DNA from: Thalia democratica
Taxonomy: Eukaryota
DNA length: 64,000 nt
Direction: 5' to 3'
NCBI GenBank assembly: GCA_965202585.1
Contig: OZ241830.1
Coordinates: 17,608,001 to 17,672,000 of the forward strand
The translations under genes and the position numbers were made by a program. Shown piece by piece: positions 48,372-62,092 of the stretch. The notes beneath the pieces were generated by a model. It saw only the letters and a program-made list of their open reading frames with translations. It had not been told where the DNA came from and did no database searches. Numbering within the stretch: position 1 is the first letter of the stretch; every line of letters begins with the position of its first letter.

Positions 48372-49393
48372 ATCAAATGATAAATTAGCTGAACATTAAG
48401 AACATCTATACCCTTACCTTTAACCCATCTCACCATTTTTTTTAATCTTATCCATTTCTTCACCCTTATCCCTAACCCTCTTTACCCAAGCATAAAAAAA
48501 TAAACCAAATACAAAAGATCCATTACCTAAAACTTAAAAAAAATAAGTAATATATTAGCCAATCAGAAGCAGTCTTAGAACTGCATCCCTCAATGTGAGG
48601 CTCAATGACTAAAAGGTTTTTCTCCACATCCATCCATTGACCATAAGTGTGAGGTTTCACACATTTTTTCTCTCTCTCAAGATATATCTTATCTGCACAC
48701 AGATTAATTCATATCTGTTTCAATTCATAAATAAACACTTTTGAAAATTTTCTTTTAAAGTTAATTTCATTACTACAGTTTTTTTATATTTCAGCCAATG
48801 TTTTCAATCTTGCTAAGTTCAACTCAGATAGTATTTAAAGCCGTCATTAAGACCCCTAGGCCATCAGGCAACATTAATTTGCTTTGCTATAAACATACAT
48901 AAGTAAAAGTCTATAGTTTGCAAAAACCATTTAATAGAAAAATGTTTTTTAATTAAACTACATCTATCAAAACTTTGTTAACACTACTAACTCTTAAAAT
49001 GATTTAACCAAAAGGTTAAGGTTCTTTTCTTCACAAGTTTATCTGTTTTCAATACTTTTACATAGCTAGTAGTTGGCTTAAAAATACAAAGTTTAAAATT
49101 AGTTTGATAAATTAGAGCACAGATTTGGAGAGTTCAATAGGTCCATTATGGAAGGACAAAACTAAGGGGAAATAAGGTTATTTTATCAAAGGTTTATCAT
49201 TTTATCATTCATTTTCAGTAGTTGTAAAACAACATGTTTCTTTCCTTTAAAAGTTAAACAGCTAAAATTATTCTGTATTGATTAGGATAAAACAACAATG
49301 TATATATTTTTACTATTAGTTAATGTATTAAATAAAAGTCTGTATAATAATTAATGATTTCATTAATAATTAAAAATTGTTGTTGTCTTTATA

Positions 49394-49737
49394 CAGGGCT
49401 GCCACACGCTTAGGAAAAATAAAGAAAGTTTGAAATTTTTGAAATATAATTATAAATTAAAATAGTTTAATATTTTTTTAAAATCAGAATGACCCAAGTT
49501 AGTTTTTTTAAATAAAACACTTATGACAGTTTTAAGATTTCTCAACATCTCAGAACAGTTTTTTACTAGTTTTTAATGAAATTTAGTTTCATTGTTTGGT
49601 TAGTTCATAAACATTTTTTTTGCAACTTGATTTTATTGATTTTGATAAAAAAATGAGGATTTGAAAAGACTCTGTATGTCTCAAGACAGTTTATGGTCAC
49701 TCAGGACAGTTTTTTGGCCCAAAGAGTAGCAACCCTG
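49394..49737. mobile_element. MITE-like element, CAGGGTTGCCA TIR family
   Basis: CAGGGCTGCCA...TAGCAACCCTG; decayed 6-bp TSD TTTATA/TGTAAA. Confidence 0.6.
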
Positions 49738-52700
49738 TGTAAAGTACTAAACCTTAGTAATACAACATTTTGAGATGCATCAAAATATTATTAAGAAATT
49801 TTTTCTCATAAATTAAATTTTGCTTTATAATATCATAAATAATCAATTGGGTTATATTTAAACAGATTTCTGCTCACATTTTATATTTTGTTATTTAGTA
49901 ACATACAGTTATGTTAAATATATAGTATAATCTTCTTGTTTAAATTATTATTCTTAACAGTTTAAGGTTCTGAACTATTTTAAAATATCGTATTACAAAT
50001 ATCAGTTAAAATAAAATTAAATAAAATACGCAGTTTTTTGTAAATTTTTACATAAAACTTATCAGTATTTAAAATTTTGCAAATTTGCGTTGACACAAAG
50101 CTAAATGTTTTTAAATAGCTAAAAATGAGGTAAAATACACTAAAGTTCAACTTTAGAAACTTTATTTAAAATCTAAATGTTTTCATTATTATAAAGACTG
50201 CATTTTTGTCTATAAAAATTATTAAAATCAATTAATTTGAATATTATTTTTGTGACCCAAAAGTATAACTATATTTATACATTCATTACATATTTCAGTA
50301 TTACAACATGGACTTTTCTAAAACAGGTTATATATTTGTTTTTTAAGTAAAATTAAATGTTTAAGAAAAGTTTTTGTATTTTAAGTAAGGCTATGAAACT
50401 TTAATTTTTAGAGAACATTCTAAGTTGATTTAAATATTTTTTAGTTTTAGATAATATTAAAACGATACATAAATACTGAAACGCTAAAATTTTTGTTTGT
50501 TAAAATTTTGACATTTTACAAACAACAGAATGGTCTTTTTATCTGGAAAATTGTAATTTGAAGTTTTAGTTGCAAGAACATTTCCTTAAGTTTTAAGTAA
50601 GTATTTCAAAAACGTAGAAGGAGAGAGACTTTAGTGATATAGTTTTTTTTGCCGTTTAGTTTGCGCCTCCCATAGGAAACCTATTGTACTCTTTGGCTTC
50701 AACTGACTATATCTCAGAAACTAGTTTGAATTTCAAAACCCTTATAAATGAACTTCTAGCTTAGCGGAAACGTTACAAATCAAGACAAATATATTAAACA
50801 AGTGATTTATCTTTGGTAATTTTTTAAGGTAATTAGATTAAAAATAGTAACTATGCTAGTGTATGTCTCTTAGATACACTACATATAACTTAAACTACAT
50901 GTAAAAGTTGAATGTTTTTTTTCTGTCTAAATATTGCACATAATAATATTTTCAGAAATAGTTACAAAACATATTCTAAAAACTGAACTAAAGTTTTTTA
51001 ACAGTTAATTTTATACCAATATCACAGAAAATAAACTAAAATTATATTTGAACTTAAGCTATTAAACTATTTAGACAAGCTTATATTTAAATTTATTTGT
51101 CTTTAAACAAGAGAGCCATGTTACTTGGAAAAACTTAAATCTAAATATTTGTTGAAAAACATAAAAATTTTGAAATATTAGATGAAAAACATCATAAAAT
51201 ATGGATTTTTTACACAATTCTATATGTTAAGTTTTATATTATGAGAGATTTATTTATTTTTAAAATCTTTAAAGAAGTTTAGTAGTATTTTTTATACTAC
51301 AGAATACATTTATCTACACCTCAAATTAAAACCTGGAAGAAATTTGTACAAAACTAGTGACCACTTCCACTACAATAAAAATATAAATTAGTAGCAATGC
51401 AAAATGTTTTTTTGTATTCAATTGTAAGTGATCTTTATTGTTAAGAAAGGTCTGTATTTAAATCCAAGCTTTCATGGTCAAAGATTCATTTAAGTTATGT
51501 TTTTTACTAAATGAAGCTACCAGAAGATTCAATTTTTTTGCATTTGTGAAAAGAAACCTTTTACTTTATTTTTAAACTATTTTTATTTTCCATTATATTT
51601 TAAATTTTAAAACAAAAAATGTTTTAAACTATTTAAAGAATACTTTTTTTTAAGAGAAAAATGACAAAAAAAGTTGTGCTCTTTGTTTTTGTATAAAAAT
51701 TTTTTTACAAAAAAACCTCTCAAGTTAATTTAATTATTTTTTTTATTAAACTTATAGTTTATATTTAAAGCTTTCATATGATTAAATAGTGCATATAAAG
51801 TATATAGAAATAATAGGTTTTAGTTAATACAGAGTTGTCACATACTGAGGCTAGTTTGTGTTTTGTAAAGGTTTTTCAAAAAAATCAGGCTGGCTCATCA
51901 TATTCTTGGGTTCTTTTGGAAATCTCAGGCTAATGAGGTATGCTTTTTAATAGATTTTTAGCTACTTAAGTTTATTATTTTTAAATTTTAAAACTTTGTT
52001 CTTGAAAATTATCTTTATTTTTTACCTATTTTAATCTGTTGTTCTGGCAAAAAAAGACTACTGTTTATTTTCGCGTTTTAATTTCTCTTATAATTTTTTT
52101 TTTAATTTTCTCTCATTGATTAGGATGACTAGAATAATTTGATGTAACTCGGATAGATTTTTTTTACTCTCAACAAAGATTTTCGCTCTAAAATGTTGAA
52201 AACCTTTTAGATACCAGTTTAAGGTATTAGTATGATTTAGAGTTGTCACACACTCAGCCTAGTTAAACTTTTCTTAAAAATACAGTTTTTCTAAGTTTTT
52301 TTTCTTGCAAAAAGTAGTCTAGTTTTGGAATTTCTTTTAAATTTCTTAATACATTAGGTCAACATTTTTTTTTAAAAGTATGGTTTTTTTTTTGATTTTT
52401 TTTTTCAATCGTTATGATACTTTAATCGTACTAGTACATACTTTTCAGCTTTTGCTTTCTCTTTTCTATTTTAAACTTTTTCTATTTTAAACTGACCCAC
52501 ACTTGTTTGTTGAAAATCATGCAGAGTCACACACACTTAGTATAACTCAGGACAGTATATATCATTTTAAATTCTCAGGATAGTTTAAAAATTTTGAACC
52601 TTATTTCAATGCTTTTTATTTCATTGAATGTAATATATTTGTTGTAGCTTCAATTATATGTTTTTTCTTAAATTTCAATTTTGTTGAATAACTAAAATTT

Positions 52701-53107
52701 CTTATTTTAAAGATCATTTATTTTAAATATTTTTTATAAATAATTAAAAATTTAAGGCGCAGGATAGTGTTTTGACTTAAAGAGTAACAACCCTGCTTAT
52801 ACTTGTTACTCAGGCTGATTTTGTTTTAGTTTTAAGAAAAGCAAACTTAACAATTATAATTGAACTGCCAACTAGAGATCTAAGTTCTTTTATTTATGAA
52901 ATATATAAAGGCAGCAATTTTAATAGTTTTAATTTAATATTTATAAATTTAAAAGATTTAAAAGATGATGTAACTTCATGTTTCACAAAAACTTTTAAAA
53001 AAGATAAAAAGTCATGTTTGTGTTTTATTAATATATAATTTTTCATTAAGAATTAAAAATCTAGTGTTAGTGAAACATTTAGTTATTTCTTTCTGTTTTA
53101 ATTAGAC

Positions 53108-53804
53108 TAGGGGTGAGCAACGTACAGCCCGCTGGCCGGATCCGGCACGCAGAGTGAAAATGACCGGCCCCCGACCGATTTTCAAACTTTTATGTGATCC
53201 GGCACGCAAATAAAAATGATCGGCCCGCAAGCGAATCTACAGGCCCGCAAAGGGTTAATATTACAACAAAGCAAGACTGTAAGAATTTGACTTCAAAAAT
53301 ATTTTAATAAGTTAATGTGTACTAATAAATACACCATTTTGTCCTAATACTTTGTTGTTGTTCTAACTTAAATAGAATATCTTGTTGTAAAATTACCCCG
53401 AGTAAAATATTTTTTTAAGTACGATATTCTACATACGTACCTTTGTCAATTACAATGTCAATTCTAATTATAGACATTATTGAAACATCTGACATATCTT
53501 GATCTACATCTTATATTGTTAGGTTTGAGTTTTTTTTTGAATTTGAAGGCTTTCAAAAAGTGATCAACTGTCTCTATAAAATTAGATTACGGCTGGATCC
53601 GAAACTTTTATTTATATTAGAATCCGACGGGATCCGTATCTCGACTTAAAGTTAGTTTTCAGTCGGATTTCGATCTAAATAGTCATTATTCGGCTAGATC
53701 CAGATACTGGATCTAGTAAATCACTAATTCAAAGTGCTCCGCCCCGCAAAAGACTAAATTTTTCCGGATTTGGCCTGTTGATAGAAAAACGTTGCCCATC
53801 CCTA
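53108..53804. mobile_element. Non-autonomous hAT-like (Charlie/MER58-type ends) element, with a nested CCGGA-rich fragment ending at 53726
   Basis: TIR TAGGGTGAGCAAC / GTTGCCCATCCCTA, GGCCCGC-rich subterminal repeats, degenerate 8-bp TSD AATTAGAC/AATTATTC; absent from the mirror position in arm B. Confidence 0.7.
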
Positions 53805-56338
53805 AATTATTCCAAACTAAAATATTAATTTAATGTTTTAAATGTTTTAAAATATATTACAGTTCCTCAGTTGTTTCACATTACTTAAGCTTTAAAAAAA
53901 CTGTTAATTGATATCTTTTTCAGTGTTTTCATTATGTAATTACAAAAAAAGGTAGTTAAAAGGTATTTTGATATTGTAATAAAGACTTAAACAAAATTTT
54001 TTTTAATGTTCATGTTAGTTTACAATTTTTTTACTGAACTTAAGGTTTTTTTTAATTTTAGTTAACAACCCTTTTTGCCTTAAAATAAATATTTCAAATA
54101 ATCTGATAATTATAACTATGATTTTTCAGGTAACTAAAAATGTTGCCACAAACATAGAATAATCCTGGATAATTTGTAACTTTTCAAAATCTCATTGTGA
54201 CACAGGATGACTCAAGAATTGTTTTTTTTCTAAACTCCGCTGGCTCAGATAGTTTTTTATCTCAATATAGTTTTGAGATTACAGGTCGGTTTTTCTCTAC
54301 CTTTTAATTGAGATATAGTTGATAAAAATTGAATTGTTTATTACTTATTGATAACTTTTGTTGAAAATCTTGATTTTTGTTGCCTTTGGAAAGTTTTAAA
54401 TTAAAGAAATAAATAGATCCCTATTTGACTACAGGTCAGTTGAAAGTCATTCAAGACAGTTTCTAATCAATCAGAACAGTTTTGACTAAAATAATTACAA
54501 CCCTGTCAAACTTTATTAACAATTTTTACTTTAAATGTTTAACTAAATGATAACAAAAAATTGTTTGGTGCATACTTGATTTATCTTTATTTCAAACTAT
54601 TAGTAGTCTATTTAACTTTTTTTTTGTATTTTACATTCGTTAATTACTAGATCTCTCAGTTTACTTTTACAGTACCAATCTTAAAAGTCAGCATAATTAT
54701 TGATATTAATTAAACTAGACTAGAAAGCAATAATGCAACTTAGTTATTTGAAAAACAGAGTTTTCACACACTCAAACTACTCAGAAAAACTTTAATGCTA
54801 TTTCAAAGGTTTAGAGACTTAAGCACAGGAATTTTTTTTTGAAAACCTTATGCTGACACATATTTGTTCGAATATTATTGAAAAATTTGACTAGGTTGAT
54901 ATTTTTCTGAATGTTAGACTATTTTTTCTATTTATTATTTGTTGAGTTAATTAATTTTAGATTAATTTAACCTTTGTTAATTTTTTATTAAGTTAATGGG
55001 CAACATGTTTATATTTTTCTAGTTCAAATTAACTTAAAGATTTACAAACTTGTTTTTGGTCAATCAGGATTGATTTTTCACTTAAAAGAGTGACAAACTC
55101 TAAACTAAATTACTAAGCCAAGTTAAAATCTTAAAAACAGTACATACTTATTTTTAACAAACTTCATAAGAAATTATAGTTAAAATCTCAGTTTTTATTT
55201 TTTACCAGAAAAAAGTGACAAACAGTTACAACCCTGAACTTATTTTGAAATGCAAAAGTTCAGCTTATGAAAGAAAATTTTCAGCATCAACTGTACAAAG
55301 ATATAAAGATATACATCATTTTGAATTTAGCTGTTTTGAATTCGTTTTTTTTTGTTCTAATTTTTATATTTGTTTAATATCATTTGTAAAGAAGATAATA
55401 CTCACAAAGTAAAAGATAAAGAATTAGTTTACGTATGTAGTTAATATTAAATAAAATATTTTAAGAATACTGTACTCGGGAATTTGTGGCGATTGCGGAC
55501 ATGTGCTCAATTAATAAGTATGTAGACTAAGCCATGTAACTAAAAAATCATTGTGAAATTAAGGTAAACCAAATAAAAAGGTTCATTAAATTTAAAATGA
55601 AATATTAAATTTCAGCTTGTGTTATCAAAAGGTTTTCATGTAAATATAAACTTAGTAATGATATATTAGCGCCGCTAGTGGGTTCCATGACAAAATGTCT
55701 CATTAACATAAAGCTTCAAAAATATCTTTTTAAAATGAAATATATTAATAAAAGTGTTTACGTAGTCCTACCACTAGCGGCGCTTTTTAAAATAGTATAT
55801 TGGGGACCAAATATATGGTTTGCTGTTTGGTGTACACAAATTCTGATTAGCTTAAAGATCACTGGCTTAATGTATAAATTACTAGCTAATTACATATTTA
55901 ATATTTGTTCTGATTTCTGTTTTATAGTAGAATAAGATAAACAAAAATTATTAAAAACTTCTTTGCACAATAAAATACATTATATGCATACTAGTCTAAC
56001 AACCATCTTGCAGAGCATTTTACCATTAAACATCTAGGGACATAAACAGAGTTTATAATATTTTTATAAAACTAGGCATTTTTTTACCTTACTTCAAAGG
56101 AGCTTTAAACTATGAAGCAAACTATACTTAAGGTTTTGACGACAAATATGATATTGGAAGTTTTTTTTATAATATTTAACGAAACTAATTTGTTTTATTT
56201 TTTTTTATAAAATTGTCAAAATTTTCACACGGTTCTTTCATTTTAGTATTATTTAAACTTAAAATGTAAACTTAAAAGTCTCTATTTATCATTTCAAACA
56301 GATTTTAAAGTTTTATAATATTAAAATTAAAAGTAATA

Positions 56339-59293
56339 ATGGAGTACGAATGCTGTATATGCCTGGATAGATTATTCAAAGTAGACACAGAAGTATCTGT
56401 CACACCGTGTGGTCATATCTTTCACAAAAGCTGCATATCAAACGTAATAAAAGGTGAGAATAAGACATGTCCAATTTGTAGACAAGATTTACAGGAAGAA
56501 AATATAGTTAAAGTTCATTATAATGTGAATAAAGAACTTGACCACAGTGATTGTTCAAATGATACTTTGAGCTTCTTTGATAAAGTTGTTGAGTATGAAG
56601 CAAACAAAAGAATGACCATGGTAAAAATCATTAGGAAGTTAGATAAAGAAAATACCCGTCTAAAGGAAACTTACAAAATCAACTGTAAAGGCTACAGCTT
56701 GTGTAAGGTGTTATTAAGAGGTTTCCAGAAAGAAATTAAAAACTTGCATGAAAAAATCAGTAAGCTAAAATTAACAAAGGGTGAGTTGATTGCTGAGATA
56801 ACAAGATTGTTTAATGAAAAAGAAGAAATTATTGAAGAGGATAGTTTAGAGGTTAAAGAAAATGAAAATGATGTAAATATTTGTGAAGATGCTATCAATA
56901 ATATTGAAGCAATAGTTAGTAAAGGTTTGTTTATTTGCTATTGTTTAAATAATTTAAATGTTAATGTTGAACTTACAGTTTTAAATAGAATCAGGATCCA
57001 GACTGATCTTCAAATTGTAATAAAGTCCAGATGAAAATTTGAAAGTATTAAAATGTTAAGTCTTTTTAAAAAGATATTATCATTAAATTCATAGCAAAAC
57101 AACCACTGATGATACATAAGCTTAAAAAAAACTATTAAGCACTTAAATCTACAGTTTTAAACACTTTTTCTAATAAACTGACAATTTTGTAAACATTTTT
57201 ATTTTGTAATAGCTTTGAAAACTAATTAATAAAAATTAAAAGTAAACTTAATCGCATAACCCTAAATGTATCATTAATATATTTTTATTTATGTCTCATA
57301 TGTATTATTATTTATGATAATTAAAGTATATTTTTACAATAATTTAACTAGAATTTTATACTTTAAATACTCATTTAACCGAAATTTAGCCGAAGTTACT
57401 TTGAAATATTTTATTGTTTATAACCTATTGCAATTTAATTAAAGAACTTCTGAAAACAGAGGATTATGAATAATAAAATTCAAATTTTTTATTAACTAGC
57501 GTGTCCTGTAGATTAGTAGTTTTTGTTTTAAAACTTTTATAAAAATCTAAGTTTCGAATTGTGTCAATTAGAAATAGTTCTCAACAAAGAATTCTTACTT
57601 TTTTTTTATGTATTAATTTTATCTTTGAAATCGAAATATTTTGAAGGGATTGACAATGAAAAAATAAATGAGGTTTTTAGTGGAAAAAAGAAAGCTTTAG
57701 ATTACAACATAAATATATGTTTAAATAAAAATTTACTTCATGAAGAGTCATTAAATAAAGTTGAAAACAATATGAAAGAACTACACGTAATCGATGAAAA
57801 AATGAGTGATTTAATATTGAGGAAGTCTGTTGAACTTGAAGTTGAAAACAAGGCGTTGCAAGAAAACAACAAAGAAATAACTAAATGCCTTGAATTTTTG
57901 GAAAATTTGCTAAGACAGGCTCAGAACAAAGCGGAGTGCTTGAAAAAAGATTACGAAAAGTTGAAGTCTGAAAACAATGATCTAATTGCTGATCTAAAAA
58001 CAACAAAACAGATAAAAAGTAATATTAAAAGTTTATCAAGAAATGCAAGCAAAAAGGAAAATGATAACATTAATGATGTTCAAAGAACAAACTGCTATTT
58101 AATTAAAGGTACTTCTTTTTATTATTACTACACGTTTTACATCTTTATATTACTTTATTTATATATTGTATACGTAGTTATTTTAAAGCAATTTAAAGCT
58201 TTAACCATAAAACCAAATCTCTCAGTAGACGCAGATTTCGTTTTCATTGCAAAAAGATTTTGCTTAATATTTTACTAATTTATAGTTTATTTTACGACAA
58301 ATCAAACCCTGCACTGATTACTATTGCCGACGTTTTCTTTTTATTGTAATAACGTTATAAAAACTTGCTTAACTATTGTGTACTTATTTTTATTTTCTAG
58401 GTGCAGAAAACAATGAAGTTAAGAATTATATATACATTAGCGGAGGAAAATCAGATGAGACAACTTACGAAAACTGTGTTTTGAAAATGGACACAAAAAT
58501 TGGTAAATGGAATCATTTTAAAACTATGGTAACACGTAGAAGTGAACATCAATCCTTAATAAAAGGAGATCAATTGTATTTGATAGGCGGATATAATGGA
58601 TCAGATTACGTTGATTCAGTTGAAAATGAGACCGTATCTCTTAACGAGGAGTTAGCTACTAAAACGTTTCCTTTCATGCACAACAAACGGCTAAGCTTTG
58701 GAATGTGTTCTTTTGCAGAATGTGTTTTTGTCGGCGGAGGGTATCGAGAAGAAAGCGAAACCTTAGACAAATGCGAAGTCTACAGTTTTGAAACTTGTGA
58801 ATGGACTGAAGTTTCAAGTATGAACACTAAAAGATGCGAATTCACATTGACTTATTTTCAAGGAAAAATCTGGGCTATTGGCGGTTTTAATGACACAGAT
58901 ACATGGCTGGACACTTTAGAAACATTCGATATTATACAAAACAAATGGACAACAAACAATTTGAGACTTCTAACTGAACGATGTGGACATAGCACTGTTG
59001 CTTATGAAAAAAAACTCTTAGTTGTTGGTGGCAAAAAAAAAGACTCATTTTTAGATTCTGTTGAAGTTTATTCAAGCGAAACCAATCAGTTTAGTTTTGT
59101 TTCTTTAATGAATATTCCACGATGTAATTTCGGATGCTGCGTTGTAAATTCAAGTTTGTATGTGATTGGAGGTAGTTTAGATTACGACACTCTAACAGAT
59201 GAAGTTGAGATATACGACATTGAAAAAGATGAATGGAGAAGAGGTCCGAGTTTGCCTTTAAAACTGGCTGAACTTGCTTGCTCAAACATTTAA
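56339..59293 (+). CDS. RING-H2 / coiled-coil / Kelch x6 protein (putative E3 ubiquitin ligase), copy C; exons 56339-56924, 57647-58108, 58401-59293; 646 aa
   Basis: Same RING-H2 and the same phase-1 GT-AG introns as copy B. Exon lengths 586+462+893 give an open frame. Confidence 0.9.
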
Positions 59294-62092
59294 TGACCAG
59301 TTCTCATTTTACAACTCTGTAATTTTTTCTTGCTCGGAAACTTTATAATTTCTGCTCATATTATAAGAATCTGCTAGTTATATGTTATCTGATAATATTT
59401 TTAGTTCCATGTTGTTAATAAAAAAGTTTAAATTTTTCTAGCTCTAAACAAAAGCTTGTACAGTTTTAACAAGTTTAATATCTTTGTTAACTATATACAA
59501 ACTTAAGTGATTGACTAACAATATTTTTCTTGTTTTCAGTAAAGTTGTTAGTGTAAAACTCAACTATTTTTGTTTTAATAGGCTTTATCTATAAAAAAAA
59601 CTTTTATCTAAAAAAAAATTATTTTTAATAAAATATAAATTTAATAGTTAAAATGAACACCTTAAACTTTATTTTTTTACTATATCCTACACATATTGTT
59701 TTAATTTACTATGTGTATTTTCCTTTACTTTCTTTTTTTTTCTTTCGTTTGTTTTTTCTATATAAAATTGAAAAAAAAATACTTTTTTAATTGTATCTAA
59801 GTGTGTGTAAATAATCCTAATAAAAAATAAACTAGCCATCGAATTTACTATAAGAAAAGTAATTTTTTATAGTCCTTCAAATTCCAACCTGAAAAAATGC
59901 CCATATTATAATAAAAATAGTATAAAGAAATAATAGCACCAGAGTTTCTAGAGTGTTAAAATAGATTAATAATACATTTCTAAAATAAGTAATTTTTAGT
60001 TGTGTCTTAACGTCAATTGTTTCTATTACTCTTGGCGCTTAGAAATATAAGCTTTTGTAAAACTCTAGTGTATTGTTTAGTATAGTTAACTTTTCATTTA
60101 GTAGTAAACATTGTTTTGTTAATTTTAGTATATAGCTTGCTATTCAAGAATTTACTCTTTTATTTTAAAATAAATTATTTTCTATAGATTAAGTTCTCAT
60201 TTTTTGTTAATTTTAGTATATAGCTTGCTATTCAAGAATTTACTTTTTTTATATTAAAATAAATTATTTTCTATAGATTAAGTTTTTATTTTTATCTTAA
60301 TTTTAATATACATCTTTAAAACTTGATCTATAGAAAGTAAGTTAATTTAAATAAATAAGTAACTTCTTGAAAAGGGACGTAATAATTGATATTAATAGTA
60401 CAAATTGCGACAATATTAAAACTATGCTGTATATAAGGGATAGGCAACGATTTTAGTCGGCGAGCCAGGTGTGAAAAAATTAATTTGTGTATATTCTAAA
60501 GCTTTTAAGTTGCATTCACAAAAATTACTTAATTGTTCTGCAACAAATTATAATTTTAGGTGACCATTCCTTTTATATTTAACATAAACTTTAAATTTCT
60601 TACAAGTTTTACTTAAGCTTGTTTTATTATCTTTATTCAAACTTTTATAATTTTAACAATAAGTTTCAAAGTTTAGTTAGCAGGCCAGGTTTAAAAGCTT
60701 ACAGGTTATATTTCTTTCAAGCTAGACCCTGTTTAAATATTCTTTATGTTGGCGGGTTGCTAATTTTTACTCTGCATTACATTAGCTATAGCCATCATCG
60801 TTGCAAACTTATACTAGAAATTATCCCTAAATTGGATTTATTTATATTGATATTCTTTTTATTCAACAATAAAAATATACAATAAAATCAAGAAACTAGT
60901 GAAAATCACTTTAGAGAAAATAAATTATTTAAACTAAAGTTACAAATAACTTAATTCGTAACGTAATGAATCTAATCATACAAAAAAACTGGCAATAAGA
61001 TCCAGTATGTTTGATAAGAACTTTTCAATTTAATTAACCAATGGCGGTTACTGTTTTGTCTGCATATTTTTAGCTGTTATTAGAATTTAATTATATTTTT
61101 CTATTTGATGTTTATAAGTAAAAAGACAAGTGCAGTAGTTATTTATCACTCTCTTGTCTATACAGAGCAGGGTCGTCGATATCTTATGAGGAACAACCAA
61201 ATTCACTATAAAAGACTATTATCGGGCCACGATGTTTTGAAAAGTTTTAATTTTAAAATAAGGAATAAATAAAATAACGAATAATTCATTAAAAAAATAT
61301 TAATTAGGCAGCATTTTACTGACAAGAAAATTTTTTTTTAGATTAGCACCAATTTATTTTTTTTTTCATTTGAATTTTTTTAAGTAAACGGCATGCCAAT
61401 TGTTTTTGAAGTTTATATTTCACCAAACAATTTATGTTTAAACTCAAAACAAATTATTCAAATTTTATCAACAAAATTTAGTATAATTACTGAAACTAAA
61501 TAACAAATACAAATAACTTGTAGAAATTAATAAAAGTTTTTTTTACTATAAAAGTTCTAGATTTTAGTTTGTTTCACGATTTGTTTTAAAATAAAAAAAT
61601 AATTAGTTTAAAATCATACCAAACTATTATCAATATAAATTGAAAAAATTTAAGTTGAACAATGATTTTAGCTTCTGTGCAAATATAGTTTATGCGTAGG
61701 CAATGATAAATTCAAAAGAGGCCAATAAAAACAAATTTTTCCTTTAATAATACTATAACTAGTCGGCCGTGTTTATTTTGTTTTTTCTTCTTAATGATCT
61801 ACTTTTATAAACTTTATAAAAAGTTAACTCTAAGTTAACTTTACAAACCAACGGGCCTCACGAGTCTTTCTCGTCCATTCATATGTGGGGTGAGATAAAG
61901 AAAAATTAGCTCCCTGTCTGTCCTAAACCTTTACGAAGTTTACTTTATATGCTGATAAAATCTTGAAACGAAATTTTTCATTACATTATTTTCACTAATG
62001 TCATTATAAATTTTAGATTTATACAATTACCCGTTCAGAGCATTTATGTGTTCTTACACGAGGTTCCAAGGGGGGGGAGAAATCTAGAGTTT

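Noticed and set aside
48410-48490. Interstitial telomeric repeat (also near 16150)
   Set aside because: Only scattered CCCTTA/CCCTAA-like words, not a tandem array.
57559-58400. ORF-track N-termini of the coiled-coil and Kelch ORFs (for example MCQLEIV..., MCTYFYFL..., MYTSFYFL...) as separate gene starts
   Set aside because: These residues translate intron polypyrimidine tracts; phase-1 acceptors inside the ORFs join them to the RING exon.
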